From NCBI GenBank assembly GCA_963664225.1, contig OY760937.1, positions 4,608,001 through 4,672,000 of the forward strand: a DNA stretch of 64,000 nt, written 5' to 3'. This document shows positions 58,416 to 64,000 of this stretch, in pieces. The notes under the pieces were generated by a model. It was not told the origin of the DNA and made no database searches. It saw only the letters and a program-made list of their open reading frames with translations. Positions within the stretch are counted from its first letter, which is position 1. The number at the start of each line of letters is the position of its first letter. The position numbers were made by a program, and so were the translations under genes. Source of the DNA: Verrucomicrobiia bacterium (GTDB lineage Bacteria; Verrucomicrobiota; Verrucomicrobiia; Limisphaerales; UBA1319).

Positions 58416-60031
58416 GCACCAAATTTATTTTTGTAACGGGCGGCGTGGTGAGTTCACTGGGCAAGGGCCTTACGGCCGCATCCCTGGGAACGCTGCTGGA
58501 GCATCGCGGCCTGAAGGTCACGCTTCAGAAGTTCGATCCTTATCTCAATGTCGATCCGGGCACCATGAGCCCCTTTCAACACGGAGAGGTTTATGTGTTG
58601 AATGACGGCGCGGAGACCGATCTGGATCTCGGTCATTACGAACGCTTCACGCACACCAACCTGACCCGCTTTAACAATCTGACCAGCGGCCAGGTTTATA
58701 AGACGGTGTTGGATCGGGAGCGGGCGGGCGGTTATCTGGGCAAAACGGTGCAGGTCATTCCGCATGTCACCGACGAAATCAAGACACGCATCCACGAAAT
58801 TGCGGTTCAGAGCAATGCAGACGTGGTGATCACAGAGATCGGCGGGACCACGGGAGACATCGAGGGATTGCCGTTTTTGGAGGCCATTCGGGAATTCGCG
58901 CTTGAGGTGGGATTTCACAATGTGCTGTTTTTGCATGTGACCCTCGTGCCTTTCATCAAGGCGGCCGGTGAGCTGAAAACGAAGCCGACGCAGCAATCGG
59001 TGGCGAAATTACGGGAAATTGGTATTACGCCCCACATTGTCGTGTGTCGTTGCGAGCAGCCATTGAACAAGGATCTGCGGCAGAAAATCTCGCTTTTCTG
59101 CAATGTTCCCTACGAGGCGGTGATCGAGGAAAAGGACGTGGATCATTCGATCTACGAAGTGCCGATGATGCTGCAGCGGGAGCGTTTGGACGATCTGGTT
59201 TGCGAGCATCTCCGGCTGGATGTGCCTCCGGCGAACATGTCCGAATGGCAGGACATCCTGCGCAAATTGATTGCGCCCCAAAACCGGGTTCGCATCGGCG
59301 TGGTGGGCAAGTATATCGGACTGAACGATGCCTACAAATCGGTGTATGAAGCGGTGGTGCATGGGGGCATCGCCAACGATTGCGCGGTGGCGATTGAGAA
59401 GATCGAATCCGAGGAGATCGAGAAGAACGGCGCTGCAAAAATGCTGGATGGTCTATCGGGCATTCTCGTTCCAGGCGGGTTTGGCGAACGGGGCATACTG
59501 GGGAAGGTCATGGCCGTGCAATATGCGCGGGAAAACAAGATACCGTATTTGGGCCTGTGCCTTGGCATGCAGGTGGCGTCGATTGAGTTTGCGCGCCATG
59601 TGCTCAAGCTAACCAAAGCCCATTCGACGGAATTCGAACCTTCCACTCCGCACCCGGTGATCGTGTTGCTGGATGAACAAAGGAAAGTGACCAAAAAAGG
59701 GGGAACGATGCGTTTGGGCGCTCAACCCTGCCAATTGGCGCTGGGTTCGCTCGCGGCCAGATTGTATGGCGCGTTCGTGGTCAACGAGCGTCACCGTCAT
59801 CGCTACGAATTTAACAACAGCTATCGTGAAGCTTTTGCCAAGGAGGGATTTGTGTTCAGCGGCACTTCACCTGATGGGAAGCTGGTCGAAGTCATTGAAT
59901 TGACCGATCATCCTTTTTTCATCGCCTGCCAGTTCCATCCGGAATTCCAGAGCAAGCCCAATCAATCGCATCCATTGTTCAGGGGATTCATCAATGCCTG
60001 CATGGTGCTGCAACAGTCGCGGCAAAAATAG
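58412..60031 (+). CDS. pyrG: CTP synthase
   Basis: [40 protein letters not shown]. Confidence 0.98.
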   Translation: MSTKFIFVTGGVVSSLGKGLTAASLGTLLEHRGLKVTLQKFDPYLNVDPGTMSPFQHGEVYVLNDGAETDLDLGHYERFTHTNLTRFNNLTSGQVYKTVLDRERAGGYLGKTVQVIPHVTDEIKTRIHEIAVQSNADVVITEIGGTTGDIEGLPFLEAIREFALEVGFHNVLFLHVTLVPFIKAAGELKTKPTQQSVAKLREIGITPHIVVCRCEQPLNKDLRQKISLFCNVPYEAVIEEKDVDHSIYEVPMMLQRERLDDLVCEHLRLDVPPANMSEWQDILRKLIAPQNRVRIGVVGKYIGLNDAYKSVYEAVVHGGIANDCAVAIEKIESEEIEKNGAAKMLDGLSGILVPGGFGERGILGKVMAVQYARENKIPYLGLCLGMQVASIEFARHVLKLTKAHSTEFEPSTPHPVIVLLDEQRKVTKKGGTMRLGAQPCQLALGSLAARLYGAFVVNERHRHRYEFNNSYREAFAKEGFVFSGTSPDGKLVEVIELTDHPFFIACQFHPEFQSKPNQSHPLFRGFINACMVLQQSRQK

Positions 60032-60200
60032 GGGCACTTGATCCAAAGCAAGAGACTTTGTCGATTTATTGGAATTCACCACAGAACATAGGCCCCAACC
60101 TTTAGGGCGAAGCCGGGGGATTGAAGGAATCGATCCTCCAACCTGCGCCTTCAACGGTTTGTTCCTTTAATGCAATCGTGAGCCGGTTCCATCATTTGCA

Positions 60201-61553
60201 ATGACCTATTCCGAGTCCATCGATTTTCTGTATAAGCTGCGTTTCTTTGGCGCCAAGTTTGGCCTGGAAAACACCCTGAAACTGGCCGGTCAGGCGGGGT
60301 CTCCCCAGCGCCGGCTGCGATTCATCCATGTCGCCGGCACCAATGGCAAAGGCTCGACCTGCGCGATGCTGGATAGTATTTATCGAAAGGCGGGCCTGCG
60401 CGTCGGGCTGTTCACTTCGCCGCATCTGGTTGCCTTTGGCGAGCGCATACAGGTCAATCGTCAACCCGTCTCGGAGGCGCAGATCATCCGTCTGGTTGGG
60501 GAAATGCGGGCCATGCTCGATGATCCCATCTGGCACGCGCCGGAATCGACGCCGGGTCAGGGCGTGGAGTCGAAGGAACCTTACTGGGGGCATCCGACTT
60601 TTTTTGAGGTCGTGACCGTAATGGCGCTCCGATATTTTGAGGAACAGCATTGCGATCTGGTTATATGGGAAACGGGACTGGGAGGCCGTCTGGACGCCAC
60701 GAATATTGTGACGCCCCTGGCCAGCGTGATCACCAATGTTCAATACGACCACCAGCAGTGGCTGGGAGACACACTTGAGAAAATCGCCAGCGAGAAGGCG
60801 GGCATCATCAAGCCCGGGATTCCAGTCTTGACGGCGGCCCAGGCCCCGGAAGCGCTCGAAGTGATCCGGCAAACCGCCGAACGCGAGCATGCGCCTTTGT
60901 CCATTGTGACGCCCGGGGAATCCGACGAGCAGGGCTTGCAGGGCGTGAAGCTGGCGTTGCGCGGAGATCACCAAAGGCTCAATGCGGCGCTGGCCGTTCG
61001 CACGGTGCGCCAATTGCAAACGCTTTTGCCCGTGAGTGAATCGGATGTCATCAGCGGGTTGGAGGATGTGGATTGGCCGGGGCGTTTCCAACTGGAGCGC
61101 ACGGCGGAAGGGCGGATGTTTTTGCTGGATGGGGCGCATAATTGCGCGGGGGTTGAAACCCTGCGGGCGGCGCTCCTGAAATACTTTCCACAAACAAGGC
61201 CAGCCCTGATCCTCGGCATCCTCAAGGACAAGGATTGGCGGTCCATGTGTCGTATTCTGGCTCCGCTGGCCAGTCGTGTCATACTGGTGCCGGTACACAG
61301 CGAGCGCAGCGCGTCGCCGGAAGACATGCGCGCCGTGTGCGAAGAAGCGAATCCGCAGGCGCAGGTACAGCTTTGCCCGGATTTGCGCAGCGCGTTGGAA
61401 CGGACAGCCAATGAACCGTTTGTGGGAATATGCGGCTCCCTTTACCTGATTGGGGAGGCCATGGAATTGTTGGAATTGCCGGGATTAGGGGGAGTACGGG
61501 CACTCGGAGAACGGGGGCTGAACGAATGGAGCGCCGGGGCGGCGCCGCGTTGA
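60201..61553 (+). CDS. folC: Folylpolyglutamate/dihydrofolate synthase
   Basis: HVAGTNGKGS, FTSPHL, ETGLGGRLDATN, WPGRF, LDGAHN, GSLYLIG. Confidence 0.95.
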   Translation: MTYSESIDFLYKLRFFGAKFGLENTLKLAGQAGSPQRRLRFIHVAGTNGKGSTCAMLDSIYRKAGLRVGLFTSPHLVAFGERIQVNRQPVSEAQIIRLVGEMRAMLDDPIWHAPESTPGQGVESKEPYWGHPTFFEVVTVMALRYFEEQHCDLVIWETGLGGRLDATNIVTPLASVITNVQYDHQQWLGDTLEKIASEKAGIIKPGIPVLTAAQAPEALEVIRQTAEREHAPLSIVTPGESDEQGLQGVKLALRGDHQRLNAALAVRTVRQLQTLLPVSESDVISGLEDVDWPGRFQLERTAEGRMFLLDGAHNCAGVETLRAALLKYFPQTRPALILGILKDKDWRSMCRILAPLASRVILVPVHSERSASPEDMRAVCEEANPQAQVQLCPDLRSALERTANEPFVGICGSLYLIGEAMELLELPGLGGVRALGERGLNEWSAGAAPR

Positions 61554-61824
61554 AAAAGCACGCGCGTCTTAAAAATAAGATTAAGTCATTATTATAAACT
61601 TATAGTAATAATTAATAAGTTATAATAATACCGATCCATTGGGATTGACGAGCGCGTTCGAAACCAGATAGATTGCCGCCGCTGGGTCGCAAGAAAACGA
61701 CCGGTCCCTTTGTAAAGCACGCTGGAACAATTTCCGGGGGTTTGAAAAGGTGGCGCGAGAGCAACCCGTCAGCGTGAATGGCTGCCGGGGCAAGGCATGT
61801 GGCCTGAAAGCGTTTGTTATACAA

Positions 61825-62502
61825 ATGAATATTATTAAATGTATTTTTGCCTCCTCGATTGGCAAGAAATATGTCATGGCGGTGACCGGGTTGATGCTTT
61901 TCGGTTTCGTCTGCATTCATCTAGTGGGCAACCTCCAAATCTTCCTGGGGCCTGATCATATCAACGCCTATGCGGCGATGCTGCAAGGCAACAAGCTGGT
62001 GCTTTGGTCTTTCCGGGCTGTCATGCTGGGACTGGTGATGACGCACATCACGATGGCCACAAGCCTGACCTTTGAGAATCTTGCCGCGCGTCCGGTGGCT
62101 TACGCCGGAGGGAAAGTGCCCTATTCGAGTTTTGCCTCGCGGACGATGGTGTATGGCGGCATCGCGTTGTTCGCATTCATTCTTTTTCACATTCTTCACT
62201 TTACCGTCGGCGTGGTGACGCCGGATATCATGCATCACATCGACGTCAAAGGGCGGCATGATGTGTATCGAATGATGATCGAGGGATTCTCCTACAAATG
62301 GGTTTCAGTGGCTTACATCGTCGCCATGGTCGCCCTTTACCTGCACCTGAGCCACGGGGTGGAGAGCTTCTTTCAGACGCTCGGGCTCAAGAATCGGGTT
62401 TACGGGTGCGCGATCACGGCATTTTCAAAACTTGCGGCGGCGGTTATCCTGTTCGGAAACTGCGCGATCGTTCTGGCCGTGATGACCGGGATCATTCATT
62501 AA
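61825..62502 (+). CDS. sdhC: Succinate dehydrogenase cytochrome b subunit
   Basis: SSIGKKYVMAVTG, HLVGNL, HLSHGVESFFQTLG. Confidence 0.92.
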   Translation: MNIIKCIFASSIGKKYVMAVTGLMLFGFVCIHLVGNLQIFLGPDHINAYAAMLQGNKLVLWSFRAVMLGLVMTHITMATSLTFENLAARPVAYAGGKVPYSSFASRTMVYGGIALFAFILFHILHFTVGVVTPDIMHHIDVKGRHDVYRMMIEGFSYKWVSVAYIVAMVALYLHLSHGVESFFQTLGLKNRVYGCAITAFSKLAAAVILFGNCAIVLAVMTGIIH

Positions 62503-62523
62503 CCAATTTACTATTTCTGTCGC

Positions 62524-64000
62524 ATGAAACTGGACGCTAAAATTCCCTCAGGGCCCCTGGATAAAAAGTGGGACCGTTACAGCATCGAAATGAAGTTGGT
62601 CAATCCGGCCAACAAACGCAAATTCGAGATCATCGTGGTTGGTTCGGGTCTGGCGGGCGCCTCGGCGGCTGCGTCGCTCGGCGAACTGGGATACAAGGTG
62701 AAATGCTTCTGTTACCAGGACAGTCCGCGCCGCGCCCACAGCATCGCCGCGCAGGGGGGCATCAACGCCGCGAAGAATTATCCCAACGATGGGGACAGTG
62801 TTTATCGTCTCTTCTATGACACGGTCAAGGGGGGTGACTTCAGGGCGCGCGAAGCGAACGTGCATCGACTGGCCGAGGTGAGCGTCAATATCATCGACCA
62901 GTGTGTGGCACAGGGGGTGCCGTTTGCCCGAGAATACGCGGGTGTTCTGTCCAATCGATCCTTTGGCGGCGCGCAGGTTTCCCGGACATTTTATGCGCGC
63001 GGACAAACCGGCCAGCAATTGCTGCTGGGCGCCTACCAGGCGTTGAGCCGTCAGATTCAGGCGCGCACGGTGACGATGTTCCCGCGCATGGAAATGCTGG
63101 ATCTCGTGTTGGTGGATGGCGTGGCCAAGGGTATCGTCGTTCGCAACATGGTCACGGGCGAAGTGAGCTCGCATTCCGCGGATGCGGTGGTTCTGGCCAC
63201 CGGCGGTTACGGAAACGCCTTTTTCCTTTCCACCAACGCCCGGGGTTGCAACGTCACGGCCATTCATCGCGCCTTCAAGCGCGGCGCGGCGTTTGCCAAT
63301 CCGTGTTACACGCAGATTCACCCGACCTGCATTCCGGTCAGCGGCGAGCATCAGAGCAAGCTCACCCTGATGTCCGAATCCCTTCGTAACGATGGGCGGG
63401 TGTGGGTTCCCAAGAAGAAGGGCGACAAACGCGCGCCTGCGGCGATTCCGGAAGCGGAGCGCGACTATTATCTGGAGCGCAAGTATCCCAGCTACGGCAA
63501 CCTGGCCCCGCGCGATATTTCGAGCCGGGCGGCCAAGGAAGCCTGCGATGCGGGTCTGGGCGTGGGTCCAAGCGGGCTGGGTGTGTATCTGGATTTTGCC
63601 GAATCGATCAACCGTTTGGGTCTTGGAAAAATCAAGGAACGCTACGGCAATCTGTTCGACATGTATGAATGCATCACCGGAGAAAACGCCTACGGCCAGC
63701 CGATGCGTATTTTCCCTGCGGTTCATTACACCATGGGCGGTCTGTGGGTGGATTACAATTTGATGAGCAACATTCCCGGCCTGTTTGTGCTGGGTGAGGC
63801 CAACTTCTCGGATCACGGGGCCAACCGCCTCGGGGCAAGCGCGTTGATGCAGGGTCTGGCGGATGGCTACTTCGTTTCGCCACTGACCATCAGCAACTAC
63901 CTCGCCAGCGCCAAGCCGACCCGGGTGCCGACATCCCATGCGGAATTCAAGCGCGCGGAAACCGACACCAACGAGCGGACCAAGCGGTTGCTTGGGATCA
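62524..64000 (+). CDS. sdhA: Succinate dehydrogenase/fumarate reductase flavoprotein (runs off window)
   Basis: Read by hand from ATG 62524: [43 protein letters not shown]. Confidence 0.95.
   Translation, partial: MKLDAKIPSGPLDKKWDRYSIEMKLVNPANKRKFEIIVVGSGLAGASAAASLGELGYKVKCFCYQDSPRRAHSIAAQGGINAAKNYPNDGDSVYRLFYDTVKGGDFRAREANVHRLAEVSVNIIDQCVAQGVPFAREYAGVLSNRSFGGAQVSRTFYARGQTGQQLLLGAYQALSRQIQARTVTMFPRMEMLDLVLVDGVAKGIVVRNMVTGEVSSHSADAVVLATGGYGNAFFLSTNARGCNVTAIHRAFKRGAAFANPCYTQIHPTCIPVSGEHQSKLTLMSESLRNDGRVWVPKKKGDKRAPAAIPEAERDYYLERKYPSYGNLAPRDISSRAAKEACDAGLGVGPSGLGVYLDFAESINRLGLGKIKERYGNLFDMYECITGENAYGQPMRIFPAVHYTMGGLWVDYNLMSNIPGLFVLGEANFSDHGANRLGASALMQGLADGYFVSPLTISNYLASAKPTRVPTSHAEFKRAETDTNERTKRLLGI

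Noticed and set aside
62548..63939. 463-aa minus-strand ORF
   Set aside because: Antisense to sdhA, which is missing from the ORF track only because it has no stop in the window

Overview
A 64-kb chromosomal window from a GC-rich Gram-negative bacterium. Gene content and style suggest Verrucomicrobiota (Pedosphaerales-like); this is an inference. Most of the window is housekeeping: cimA (partial), valS, crcB, trpS, speA, futalosine-pathway prenyltransferase plus mqnE, tolQRAB-pal, aroE, pilD, ackA, tRNA-Leu, kdsB, pyrG, folC and sdhC-sdhA (partial). The standout is a ~5 kb array at 30.0-35.0 kb of unrelated small membrane or secreted genes that almost all begin with the same DNA repeat, (cc)ATGAAACCCAAACTcATCCTCTGCCTCGCGCTCGTTTTGAGCG (MKPKLILCLALVLS...). 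At six junctions this repeat supplies the upstream gene's stop codon (ATGA overlap) as well as the next gene's start, and in the longer copies it encodes a signal peptide. The array includes empty, truncated and fused units and is bracketed by a ~100-bp direct repeat with ~10-bp periodic motifs. It looks like an undescribed gene-cassette system whose junction is a translation-start/signal-peptide module. Other notable items are an orphan Cys-rich RiPP-like precursor, an IS110 whose left end carries guide-like matches to its own predicted circle junction and right flank, an AT-rich membrane-anchored PD-(D/E)XK-like gene, and several REP-like repeat families.
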